Below are positions 22,877-34,189 of a stretch of 64,000 nt of DNA, piece after piece (position 1 is the stretch's first letter; each line of letters opens with the position of its first letter). Below the pieces are notes generated by a model. It was not told the origin of the DNA, did not search any database, and worked only from the letters and a program-made list of their open reading frames with translations. A program made the translations under genes and the position numbers. This stretch comes from Oculina patagonica (Eukaryota): assembly GCF_052425735.1 (NCBI RefSeq), contig NC_135758.1, positions 30,690,001 to 30,754,000 of the forward strand, in the 5' to 3' direction.

Positions 22877-23543
22877 CTTTCACTGCTTTGGTTATCTGAA
22901 CTGAGTGTATGTGTGTGCGTGTGTGCGTTTGTATGTCTTATAAGGTTTTAAACCAAACCTGACAAAACTTGTTCGGGTAAACACGTTTTACTTTGTGACG
23001 GTATTTAGTTCTTGCCAAACGGTATGACGTCACTCCATTTTTAAAAATAAAACCATATTTTTTTCGTCCTGGCCCCGCGCCATGTCTTTTTTCTTTTCAG
23101 GTGATATTGAACGCCGTTTTTAAACTTATTTTATGATAGTTGAGAGTTACAACGCAAACCTGTTACACCTGTTCGCATCCGTCTTTTTTTTCTATCCTTA
23201 CATATCCCCCTACATTGACGCGTTTCCTTTTTAAATTTTCAAGCTCGTTTTTTACTATTATTTTATATTCGTACGTTGAGATCGGCCACCATTTTGAATA
23301 TTAAGTGCGCCCTACGGTAACTCCCCATACTACTAGCGCTGAAACAGTTTCTAACGTATTTTCTCTCATTCGTTAAAAAAGAACGCGTGGAGGGATAGAC
23401 ACAGATGATGGCTCTTCACAAGACCCCTTTATGTTACTCGTGCTGGTCTAACACCATATACACGGCCAGACCTGTCGCAGTGAGAACTTGAACCGGCGTT
23501 ATTTATCATTTCTTGTGTTGAACGAAGTGATCCTGGAATCAAG

Positions 23544-25178
23544 ATGAGCTCTAACAATACAGATCGAGCTACGAACGCTTCAAGCCAGGTGGTCCAGGTG
23601 CTGTCTTATTTTTTTTGCCCAGTTAAACCAATACATATTTGGGGTTTTAACGAAAGAACCGCGTTCAAGATTAATGCCGCCATAACACTCATTATTTGCC
23701 CTGTCGCAATTTTTCTAAACATCTTAGTAATCTTAGTAGTGAAACTGAGAAGAAAGTTAAAAGAACACAACTCGAACATTCTGCTGGCGAGCTTAGCTGT
23801 AGCGGATGTTCTAATGGGCGCTGTCTCCATGCCGCTGGCTATCTGTTCGGATTTGTTTATTCTTCTCAAGCGGTATATGACTCCGGATATCTTTGGCAGA
23901 ATAGCTTTCGTAAATGATCTGACACTGTACGTCGGAGGTTGCTCGTCTACGTATCATCTAGCTGTGATTGCTTGGGAGAGGTACGTGGCGGTAACCAAGT
24001 GGACAAAGTACAAAGTCCTCGTCACCAGAGGCCGTGTCAAGAAGTATGCTGGAATTGCATGGCTTGCAACTGTGTTTTTAGTGATTCCATCACAAGTAAT
24101 GAAGCTCGCTGGTGTCCAGTACAAATACCTTGTGGTCATTAACATGGTTTCTTCTCTCCCTGGGGTTGTGTGCATAATACTAGTCGGCTATTTCTACCTA
24201 CGGGTTTACCTTTGTGTGCGCAGACGGAACATTAACTCGATAAGCGAAGTCCGTTCTCTCATCAAAGACAAGCTCGCCACCAAAGTCGCCAAAACGACTG
24301 CCATACTGACAGCTGCTGTGTTAATTTTCTTCATTCCATCGTCACTCTACGTGTTATTTGGAGACGCATATCCTGCACTTCGTAAAAGTTCGTTTTTCCG
24401 TTTGTCGATGATGATGGCTCACCTCAACTCTGTTATCAACCCTGTTCTTTATTGCTACAGGGACCGCCGCTATAGAAAAGCGATGCTAGAGATGTTAACG
24501 ATGAAGAAGACTACAGCCGGTGCAAAGAAAAACGTCAGACAAATTGGATCTGCCCAGTCAGTGGAAGATGTCTCGGAGAACAACCACATACGAAGATCAC
24601 GAATTCAAAGCTGCGGTTCGATTCCAAACCTGAGAGACACTGATCAGCGGAGGACTCATGGGCAAGTGAAGCGCGAAAGACGTACTTCAGCTCCATCGCG
24701 TGAAACAAACAGAATGATATGTGTCGATATACATCAACCTGAGATCATCACGACAAAACCAGGAATACAAGTTCAGAGCGGTCTGATAAGAAATGGAACC
24801 CTAAGTTATCATGAAGACACCAGCGATAAGCCTCGTGCTTCAATGATCCAGGCACCATTTCAGCCTCATTCCTCAAGCCTTCCACCTGACGGGTCCCGAC
24901 ACCATTACCGTGAAATGGTACGATCAAAGTCCTTGGATGAACGTCCATTATTTCAGATAATCGGCAGCCACTACAAATCACGGCAGGAAGCGATACGAAG
25001 ACCAAAGATAGTGTCATCCAAATTTAAAATCGGTGTGACACGAAAAGGAAGCCAAAGACATCTTAAAGGAAGCCTTGGTCACCTCGAAGACACCTGCGAT
25101 CAGCCTCAAGGCCTGAGTTTCCAGGCATTACTTCATCTTCAGTCCTCAAGCCTTCAACCTGAAGGTACCCGACATTAA
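23544..25178 (+). CDS. Orphan class A GPCR, subfamily A copy 2 (544 aa)
   Basis: 7TM with LAVAD, WERY, NPVLY. The tail ends at a small insertion (GACATTAATTATTACC). Confidence 0.92.
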   Translation: MSSNNTDRATNASSQVVQVLSYFFCPVKPIHIWGFNERTAFKINAAITLIICPVAIFLNILVILVVKLRRKLKEHNSNILLASLAVADVLMGAVSMPLAICSDLFILLKRYMTPDIFGRIAFVNDLTLYVGGCSSTYHLAVIAWERYVAVTKWTKYKVLVTRGRVKKYAGIAWLATVFLVIPSQVMKLAGVQYKYLVVINMVSSLPGVVCIILVGYFYLRVYLCVRRRNINSISEVRSLIKDKLATKVAKTTAILTAAVLIFFIPSSLYVLFGDAYPALRKSSFFRLSMMMAHLNSVINPVLYCYRDRRYRKAMLEMLTMKKTTAGAKKNVRQIGSAQSVEDVSENNHIRRSRIQSCGSIPNLRDTDQRRTHGQVKRERRTSAPSRETNRMICVDIHQPEIITTKPGIQVQSGLIRNGTLSYHEDTSDKPRASMIQAPFQPHSSSLPPDGSRHHYREMVRSKSLDERPLFQIIGSHYKSRQEAIRRPKIVSSKFKIGVTRKGSQRHLKGSLGHLEDTCDQPQGLSFQALLHLQSSSLQPEGTRH

Positions 25179-26690
25179 TTATTACCGTGAAATGATAAGA
25201 TCAAATTCGTTAGATGAACGTGCGTTATTTAAGATGATCAGCAGCCAGCAAAAATGTCAGCGGGAAGCAATACAAAGAACGAAGACATCGCTACGAACGT
25301 CGTCAAGAAAACAGATAATGGCAGAGCGTGAACTTGCAGGAAAAAACAACAAAGCTGTAACGATTGCCAAGCAAGGTTAGACGTGAACACCAAGTCTTGT
25401 TCGGTTGACTCATATTACTCACTATACTCCTTTTCTTAAGATAAGAAAACGATTCGTATTCTCATTACCTGTCAACACAATTTTCATTCGGTATCACACA
25501 GAAGAGATTAAAAATTGATCATTGAGTGGTTAGTTGCATTACATCGCGAATCTATGTAATCACGAACAGACGCTAATGGATTTATTAAGTTAACTAAATG
25601 GTCTCGCGAATATCTAAATCCATTGTATCTGCCCCTAAGTGTCAGAAGTGTCTTTCATTATATTTGCAAGCTGTTTCATAATAAAAAGAAGAATCCTGAT
25701 TGGTTCCCTGAGCAGTCCAAATTTTCCAGTACGAAATTACCGCTAAATAAAGATGGACAGCTCAGGAATTAGTTCCGCCGATTTTACTTTTATAATACAA
25801 TGCACGAATGAAAAATGTTTTTAGTTAGTGGAATTAAAGCTTGTTCTAGATTATGTCTGGTCGAAAATTTTGGTTCTAATAAAATCGCTACTTTCATGAC
25901 ACTTTGACCCGCTCATCTTTCGACATGCTATACAAACAAGACGGATCGACGTCCGCCAATCACAGCCCACTAGCATGACCTTCTGAACTTGTGGGCTCAC
26001 TTTCATCGAGAACGTACGTAGCGGATTTATGGTATGCACAAGCTCGTAAAATTCGTCTACTTCGAAACCAAAATAATTTCAAGAATCGCTTGGCATTTCT
26101 AAACAAACATCGAATACTCTTATCAGGTAAAATAAAGATATTCATCCATTCTTTCGTTTGCGTGAGTTTTTCTGTTTCAACATTTCTTACTTCCGGGCTG
26201 AGCCCCGGCTGAGCCAAAGTATCGAAAACATAGCGATTTTATGGTATACCGAAGTTCGGATGTTTCGTCAACTAGAAAACCAAAATAAGTTTTGGAATCG
26301 CTGTTACTCTCAAGAAGCTTGAAAGAACCTTTCAGTAGATATTCTGTGAAAATTTCGCTGTTGTCTGTAAACAAGATCATATTGTGACGAGAAGGCTTGG
26401 CTACCAAACCAAGCCTGGTTTCCAAGCTCACCAAGAAAGTGATCCCAAAAAAAATTTTGCGCTCGGAAGTCATGGCGATCTGAACTTTGTATCGAAGTTC
26501 GCAACTTGATTCGTAAACTTGCAACGTAATTGGCAACTTCGTTACCAAGTTTCCAAATTCCCAACAAACTTCGCAAAGCGGGCGGCCAGAGTAAGCTGAA
26601 ATCAACTGTAAAACAGATTGCGATACGAGTTTTTGAAATATTGTTGAGCGGAAGAGTTTTCAAAGTTAAACTTTTTTGCTTGTAACTTTA

Positions 26691-27263
26691 TTATTATTTT
26701 GCCCCTTTGCCATTTTTCTAAACATCTTAGTAAAACTGAGAAGAGACTGAGTTAAAAGAACATAGCAAGCTTGGCTGTAGCAGATGTTCTAATGGGCTCT
26801 GTCTCCATATGCCGTTGGCAATCTGTTCAGATGTGTTTATTCTTATCAAGAGGTATAAATTATGACACTGTTTGTCGGAGATTTCTTGTCTACGTATCAT
26901 TTAGCTGTGATTGCTTAGGAGAGGTACGTGACGATAACCAATGCAAGTCGACAGAATACAAAGTCATTGTTACCAGAGGCCGTGTCAAGAAGTATGCTGA
27001 AAGTGTGTGACTTCTATGTGTGTTCATATCAATTCCACCACGCATAATGAAACTCGCTGGTGTCCAGTACAAATACCTTGTGGTCATCAACATGGTTGCC
27101 ACTCTCCCTGGGGTTGTGTGCATAATACTAGTCGGCTATTTCTACCTACGGGTTTACATTTGTGTGCGCAAACGGAAGATTAACTCATTTAGCGAAGTCC
27201 GTTCTCTCATCAAAGCCAAGCTCGCCACCAAAGTCGCCAGCAGCTGCCGTGTTAATTTCGTTC
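26691..27263 (+). pseudogene. GPCR subfamily A internal fragment (TM1-TM6), multiple frameshifts and stops
   Basis: Residual AVADVLMG, STEYKVIVTRGRVKKYA, PPRIMKLAGVQYKYL, SEVRSLIKAKLATKVA. Confidence 0.88.
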
Positions 27264-27540
27264 GCAATATATAATTTCTGGGAAAGGGAGGTCCCCGTCG
27301 CAACCCCTTAAGCAGAGAATTTCTCACAGGCTGTGGTGTTGTTAATCACACTAACCAAAACTCATGCGGGATTGAACAAAATCTTCACTCGGAGAATTTC
27401 CCCCATTTGTGCCTCGAAATACTGCAGAAAAATTAACAAAACTTTGAATAGACAGCGTTAAATAACATTTATTTTCATATTTAATTTCGCAGATGCAGAA
27501 TTATTTCAATAACACCAACGTTGAAATACTGTTCATGATA

Positions 27541-27809
27541 GTAAATAATAAAGATGGTAAATTTTAAGCTCGGTGATAAATAGTGAAGAAATTATTCAAC
27601 ATGACACGAGCGTGGGACAAAGAAAAAATCTGAGTCCCCGACGGGAATCGAACCCATGGCCTCCTAGATACCGGTTGGGCGCTCTAACCAACTGTAGCTC
27701 AGTTGGTTAGAGCGCCCAACCGGTATCTGGGAGGCCATGGGTTCGATTCCCGTCGGGGACTCAGATTTTTTCTTTGTCCCACGCTCGTGTCATGTTGAAT
27801 AATTTCTTC
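27541..27809 (-). mobile_element. tRNA-derived SINE-like insert with head-to-head inverted duplication
   Basis: 13-bp direct repeats ACTGTTCATGATA (27528-27540, 27810-27822). 113-bp inverted arms (27582-27694 / 27700-27812, 1 mismatch). Pol III A box TAGCTCAGTTGG and B box GGTTCGATTCC. Confidence 0.8.
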
Positions 27810-27855
27810 ACTGTTCATGATATTTACAAATTGAGTTAAATATATAGTGGGCGAT

Positions 27856-29023
27856 TTATATACTATGGCGACGCTGCACAGGTTTTCTGATCGAGTTCCA
27901 GTTCAGCTTTTCGATATAGTTTTCAACCTCAGACAAAATATCATTATTATCATTGTTATTGTTCTTTACATTTGCTTGTTCCGTGGTTTGTCGATCTCCT
28001 TCGTGTCCATGTCCAGCTTTAAATCTGACCACAGCGTTGCGCGATCCAAACACTCGCATCTCAATTTCGTCGGCTTCAGCAACGTTTGCAGTTCTACAAG
28101 TTAATTCAATAAACGCTACGCGAAACTGTCTCATTCTGACCGAGTAGATAAGTGGATTTAGGAAAGAGTTCAATATTGCCATCCACACGGCTGTCAGGCA
28201 ACATGCATATAGTATTGCTAAAGACATGTTACCAAGATAGATTATTACTCTAACAACGCAAATAGGTATATAACAAAGAAAAAGAACTGAAATGATGATA
28301 GCTGTCAGTTGAAAGGTCTTTTTGTTTTTCAGAATTTTCTGCCTTGCCTCTTCTGTAACTTGCTGAGTTGAAATTTCCTTTTCGTGACGGCGAACCTTAC
28401 GGTAGACTGTGATTTGGCAAAAAACGATCATGGCAAAAGACAGGCCAATAAAAGTGTTATTGATGATAAAAAATACAGCCTTGTCAAAGAAAAGAGGAAC
28501 GTGCAAAACAAGGGAAAATAACCACGCCAGAGCAGATGCAATTAATAAACGAGCTTCGTTGACAAGGCCGGTATTGTACGCGAAAGTGTGCTTTATGGCT
28601 AGATATCTGTCCCCGCCTATTAAAGCCAGGTGGAGAAGGGAAGTATCACACAGAACACTCGTAAAAAACTGCGAGATATTTTGCAATGCACACGATCCAG
28701 TCGTTGTCTCGTCGAGAACGATGGTTATCAGTGACGCTGTAAACAGGGGTTGAACAATCACACCCACTAACAAATCGGTGGTGGCCAAACACCCGAGTAG
28801 TATGTTGGGCTTGTTGGCTCTCAGTCGGGGCTTCGTTTTCACAGCTATTATCACCATCGCGTTCAAGGCAGCGGTAACAGGAAATGTGACGATGTTGATC
28901 ACTGCGAGGAAGACTGAGAACGGCCTTTACTTCAGTGGCTGAAGGTGGCAGTGTGCCTCCCATTAAAGCGACGAATCCGCAATCTGGGGTTATCGTCTCG
29001 TGGTTTGGCTGGCTGGAGTTCAT
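27856..29023 (-). pseudogene. Orphan class A GPCR, subfamily B copy 1, +1 frameshift near 28915
   Basis: The N-terminus MNSSQPNHETITPDCG (29023) is out of frame with the 348-aa 7TM ORF (LATTD, GDRY, CYIP, NPLIY). There is one extra base relative to the intact paralogs. Confidence 0.85.
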
Positions 29024-30203
29024 CGCTTCTCCTTCTCGGTTGTTCTCTCGCTAAACTGTTTAATTCAGTGAACCTTTTCTCTCTCCTGTCTTGTCTCTTG
29101 TTCACCAATAAATCTTTTACCTCTGGTATTTTTTCGGTATTGTGTTTATGTTTCAATTGATCGCTTTCTGTATTCGCTCTTTAGTTGTATTTCACCGTTT
29201 TACATGATAATTCTGCTGAACACTTTGCTATTTGGACATGGAAGTAAGGTAATTTTATTTCGATAGATGCAATCCCTCTTTTTTTCAGTAAGAAAGAAAA
29301 AAGAAATAAGAGGGATAACTAGACACAGGTTTCGCCATCAAACTATGTTTACATTTAACGGATCGACAATAAGGGCTGCTTCAATGTGCCACGAGCTACT
29401 TTTAATTCTGACGTCATCCAAAGGCTAATCAGAACTAACTGTAGTTACCTGCGTTGGTGTGACCGCAACGTCGACTGGAACCACTTACTAATATGACTTC
29501 ATGTAATTTGAGACTAGCCAGAGGTAAACTGTAGTTACGGCGTAGATATGACCACGGCCAATGTCTCACTGAAATGTTTTGCACGGTTACTGACTAGCAC
29601 TGAAATTGAATAGTTCCCAACGTATTTTCTCTCAGTGGTAAAAATAGGAACGCCTGGAGGGATAGACACAGATGATGGCTCTTCACAGACTCTTTTATAT
29701 TACTCGTGCTGGTCTAACCTCTTTCCACACTGTATTACGTACACGGAAATCAATTTAAAGCTCGCATAATTTTTTCCCTTGCTTTGTTTCTTGTTTTATG
29801 CAGCAAACTTTAGAGAAACCGTTTCGCCATTCGATTCATTAGATATACATTTATGTATCTTTTTCTTTTTGAAGATAACAGATTTTGCCCAGGTTTATAA
29901 ACAAGATATAAAAGGTACTATTTTTAATTTTCTCTATTCCCGCTTCCGTTCATTTGCATAACACAAAGTGCAGAATATTCCCGAAAAACTTGTCTGCTGA
30001 ACATGTTCAATAAACAAGTTCGGCTTCACTCGTAGCAACGCCTCCGCTGGAAGAAGTATGGTGGACAACTAGAGATATTAGATGATCATGAACACCAAAA
30101 ACACCAAAGAAGATGACATTCAAGGCCAGACCTCTCACAATGAGAAAATGAAAGTAACTGATTTATCAGTTTTTGTGTTGAAAGTAGTGATCCTGGCATC
30201 AAG
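29024..30203. promoter_or_regulatory. Shared divergent intergenic region / putative bidirectional promoter of the GPCR B/A pair (also 35657-36854, 45284-46479, 61108-~62235)
   Basis: ~1.2 kb between divergent ATGs, with a full CRE TGACGTCA (29409-29416) and an octamer ATTTGCAT (~29953). Conserved in the other units. Confidence 0.5.
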
Positions 30204-31709
30204 ATGAACTCTAGCAATACAGATCTAGCTGCAAACGCTTCAAGCCATGTGGTCCAGGTGCTATCCGAGTTTTTTTGCCCAGTTGAACCAGTACATATTT
30301 GGGTATTAAGCGAAAGAACCGCGTTCAAGATTGCGGCCGCCATAACACTCATAATTTGCCCTGTTGCCATTCTTCTAAACATCTTAGTAATCTTAGCAAT
30401 AAAATTAAGAAGAGAGTTAAAAGAACACAACTCGAACATTCTGTTAGCAAGCTTAGCTATAGCGGATGTTCTTATAGACGCTGTCTCCATGCCGTTGGCA
30501 ATCTGTTTGGATGTGTTTATTCTCCTCAAGCGGTATATGACTCCGGGTATTTTATGCAGAATAGCTTTCGTAAATGCTCTGACACTGTATATCGGGGGTT
30601 GCTCGTCTACGTATCATCTAGCTGTGATTGCTTGGGAGAGGTACGTGGCGATAACCAAGTCGACAGAATACAAAGTCATCGTTACCAGAGGCCGTGTCAA
30701 GAAGTATGCTGAAAGTGCGTGGCTTCTATGTTTGTTCATAACAATTCCACCGCGTATAATGAAACTCGCTGGTGTCCAGTACAAATACCTTGTGGTCATC
30801 AACGTGGTTGCTTCTCTCCCTGGGGTTGGGTGCATAATACTAGTCGGCTATTTCTACTTACGGGTTTACCTTTGTGTGCGCAAACGGAAGATTAACTCAT
30901 TTAGCGAAGTCCGTTCTCTCATCAAAGCCAAGCTTGCCACGCAAGTCGCCAAAACGACTGCCATGCTGACAGCTGCCGTGTTAATTTCGTTTATTCCGTC
31001 GTCAGTCCTCGTGTTCTTCGGAGAGGCAAATCCCACACTTCGTAGAAGTTCGTATTTCCGTTGGTCGATGATGATGCTTCACCTCAACTCTGTTATCAAC
31101 CCTGTTCTTTATTGCTACAGGGACCGCCGTTATAGAAACGCGATGCTAGAGATGATAACGACGAAGAAGACTACAGCCGGCGCAAAGAAGATCTTCAGAC
31201 GAATAGGATCTGCCCAGTCAGTGGAAGATGTCCCGGAGATCAACCGCATACCAAGATTACGGATTCGAAGCTGCGGCTCGATTACAAACCTTGAAGACAC
31301 TGATCAGCGGAGGACTCATGGGGAAATGAAGCGAGGAAGACGTACGTCAGCTCCATCAGATAAAACAAACAGAATGATATGTGTCGATATTCATCAACCT
31401 AAGATGATCGCCAAACCAGTAATACGAGTTAAAAGCGACGTGATAAGAAAAAGAACCCGAAGTCATCACGAAGACGCCAGCGATAAGCCTCGTGCTTCAA
31501 AGATCCAGGCATCACTTCAGCCTCGCGCTTCGGGCCTTCCACCTGAAGGTTCCCGACACCATCACCGCAAAATGGGACAATCAAAGTCCTTGGATGAACG
31601 TACGTTATTTGAGATGATCGGTAGCCAGCACAAATCTTGTAAGGAAGCAATACAAAGACCAAAGACAGCGCCATCAGAGGAAAGAAACAAGAAAATGGCA
31701 GAACTTTAA
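30204..31709 (+). CDS. Orphan class A GPCR, subfamily A copy 3 (501 aa)
   Basis: 7TM motifs intact. The frame stays open after the TAA to 32213. Confidence 0.92.
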   Translation: MNSSNTDLAANASSHVVQVLSEFFCPVEPVHIWVLSERTAFKIAAAITLIICPVAILLNILVILAIKLRRELKEHNSNILLASLAIADVLIDAVSMPLAICLDVFILLKRYMTPGILCRIAFVNALTLYIGGCSSTYHLAVIAWERYVAITKSTEYKVIVTRGRVKKYAESAWLLCLFITIPPRIMKLAGVQYKYLVVINVVASLPGVGCIILVGYFYLRVYLCVRKRKINSFSEVRSLIKAKLATQVAKTTAMLTAAVLISFIPSSVLVFFGEANPTLRRSSYFRWSMMMLHLNSVINPVLYCYRDRRYRNAMLEMITTKKTTAGAKKIFRRIGSAQSVEDVPEINRIPRLRIRSCGSITNLEDTDQRRTHGEMKRGRRTSAPSDKTNRMICVDIHQPKMIAKPVIRVKSDVIRKRTRSHHEDASDKPRASKIQASLQPRASGLPPEGSRHHHRKMGQSKSLDERTLFEMIGSQHKSCKEAIQRPKTAPSEERNKKMAEL

Positions 31710-32537
31710 CTGACTGGTTTTACAAGAAAACCAGCAATCAAGGTTAAAAGCGGTGTGACTAGAAATGGAAGGAGCAGTCATGTTGAAGACACTAACGATC
31801 AACTTCGAGCCTTAAGATTCCATTCACCACTTCAACCTCAATCCTTAAGCCCTCAGCCTAAAGGACCTAAAGGTTCCCGGCACCATTACCGTGAAATGAT
31901 GAAATCAAAGTCCTTGGATGAGCGAGCGTTAGTCAGGAAGACTGGAAAGCATTTAAACCAGCCTCAAACCCTGAGTTTCCAGGAATTACTTCATCCTCAG
32001 CCCTCAAGCCTTCAACCTGAATGTTCCTGGCAACATTACCGTAAACTGACCAGATCAAAGTCCATGAATGAACATACGTTATTTGAGATGATTATCAGCC
32101 AGCAAAAATGCCAGCCAGAGGTGATACGAAGACCGAGGTCATCGCTGCAAACGTCAGCAAGAAATAACATAATGCAAAAACGTGAACTGACAGGTTTTAC
32201 AACGAGGTGTTAAGGATTGCCAGACAATGTTTGAAGTGAACATTCTAAAATGTCAGAATTATTTAACTATTTAATTTAACTGAACTCATGTAAAATGGTT
32301 TTCCATTGACATTTGACATCAGTCACGTGTTGTTTTGCTTTCGTGTTATCTCACGCTATTTTCCCTGCGCTTGACGCCAGCTGTAGAACTTTTTGCTTCG
32401 AGTTCTGATAGACTTACCGTTATCTGCGTTTGTTGTGATTGGCCAATTGTGATTACGTTGGTTTTATTTTTAGAATACTCATATGCATTGAAAAACCGCT
32501 CTGGAACACCAAGTCTTGTTCCCTTGCCTCATATTAA

Positions 32538-32943
32538 AGGAACACTGTCCCGGCTGAAATATTGTGTTTTCGTGATTATGGCCAGGAGCTTGCTTTAAGC
32601 TTCCTTTATTATCTTAAAATCAGAAGAAATCATCGCCGAAAATGTTAAAAAAAATCAATATAAACTAGACAGACAAAATAACGGCTAGAAAGGTCAAACT
32701 GTCACAAGAATGGCAAGTTTGATTTCTTGACATCCTGTCAATAAATCATTTAAACTTCATAAACTGTAAACCATTTCAATTCTTGCAATCCTGTACTTTA
32801 TCTCGAAACTACTGCTTCTATTTTACTCTATAGAATCTTTTTGTCCAACTAAGCTGCATATTTGGTGGCATTTGGCGATATAACGTGGAAATAAGCTGAT
32901 TGAAATTCTATTCCTGCAGGACAGTGTCTCTAATTATGTCCCT
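32538..32943. mobile_element. Kolobok-like MITE (also 42165-42570; partial copies at ~38885-39253 and ~48516-48884)
   Basis: TTAA TSD. Termini AGGAACACTGTCC ... GGACAGTGTC..CCCT. Absent from the paralogous site at ~14813. Confidence 0.7.
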
Positions 32944-34189
32944 TTAACTATTCTACACCTGTTTTTCGGATACTTGTAAATATCGGTAGCCTAGTTTGCC
33001 TAAGAGTCAGAAGTATCTCTGGTAAAAAATAAAAGGAGAATTCTGATTTGTTCCCTGAGCGATCCAAATTTTCCAGTACGGACCTACTGTATATGATAAT
33101 AGACAGCTCAGGAATTAGTCCCGCCAATTTACTTATATAACTGATACCACGAAAGAAAACTGTTTTCTAAGAAGAAAACTTAGTTTAGATATGTCTGGTC
33201 AACCATATTGGTAACGTATTTTTTCTTATTTCCCCATAAGAACCAAACATGCTTGTTAAATAACACGAATATAATTGACTACGTAAACCCAACGCCCAAG
33301 TCCAACCAGAAACAAGAACAATCATGCACGGTTCATATTTTCCATAAAACGAAAAAAAATCTCTTATTTGTGGATCTAATAACAGTCATTTTTCTACGAA
33401 ATCGTTACAAAGAAAAGTTAAGATTTTAAGGAAAGATATACCTGTTATCTTATGCATTTTTAACTGTGTTGATTGCAGTTACGATGAAACAATTCTAAAA
33501 GTTAACCAAGGGCAAAATAATAGAGGATTTGTTTTCGTATTTTAATTCGATCTGTTGATTCATTCCTTTCTCTCTGAATTGATTTTCTTTTCAGAGCGAC
33601 TGTTTTTGGCAAACAATGTTGCTGTTCGTCATTCGTAATCGAAGATAACCAAAGACATCTTGTTTGTTGATAAATTGCTACGGTGTGTCCGGAGGTGGCT
33701 GAAACAAACAATAGATCCGCAATGAGTACATATCAGAAGCACGATCGTGATCAGCGGCCTAAAAAAGGTATTGAAAATGAACTGAAACGGATAATGCGCG
33801 GTAAATCTTCACGGGAGTAAATAGTGGAAACGATAATAACACGCCCACGCTAAGGTTGTGTGTCTTTTTCCTTTTGAAGATAACAGATTTTGCCCAGGTT
33901 TTTAAACAAAATACATAAGGTAATATTATTCCCCGTCCCCGCTGCCGATCATTTGCATAACACAAAGTGCAGAATATTCTCGAACAACTTGACTGCTAAA
34001 AATGTTCAATAAACAAGTTCAGCTTTACTCGTAGGAACGCCTATACTGGAAGAAGTATGGTGGACATCAAATGACATCAGATGATCATGAACACGAAAGG
34101 AGACGGAAATCACGGTCAGACCTCTCATAGTGAGTAGTTGAACGTTATTTATCAGTTCTTGTGTTGAACGTCGTGATCCTCAAGATTCG

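Larger units (their letters stand above)
18453..23334. mobile_element. Palindromic (foldback) non-autonomous Maverick/Polinton (adintovirus-like) element, 4882 bp
   Basis: Termini AGTAGTATGGGG...CCCCATACTACT. 6-bp TSD AGCGCT (18447-18452, 23335-23340); the empty paralogous sites have a single AGCACT. Inverted arms 18453-20800 and 20946-23334 flank a 145-bp spacer. Carries a parvovirus-type PLA2 gene. Confidence 0.88.

Noticed and set aside
25860-26690. Insertion with several overlapping ORFs
   Set aside because: Probably TE-derived non-coding DNA, but no termini, TSD or protein motif could be established.
27695-27762. Functional tRNA gene
   Set aside because: The 5' acceptor strand is missing, the anticodon stem is mismatched, and it is embedded in a TSD-flanked palindrome with a tail, so it is SINE-like.
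30086-30835. Recurrent antisense and alternate-frame ORFs over the GPCRs (e.g. MRRINTSKQ.., MHPTPGRE..)
   Set aside because: Shadows of the GPCR coding strand; they recur only because the genes are duplicated.
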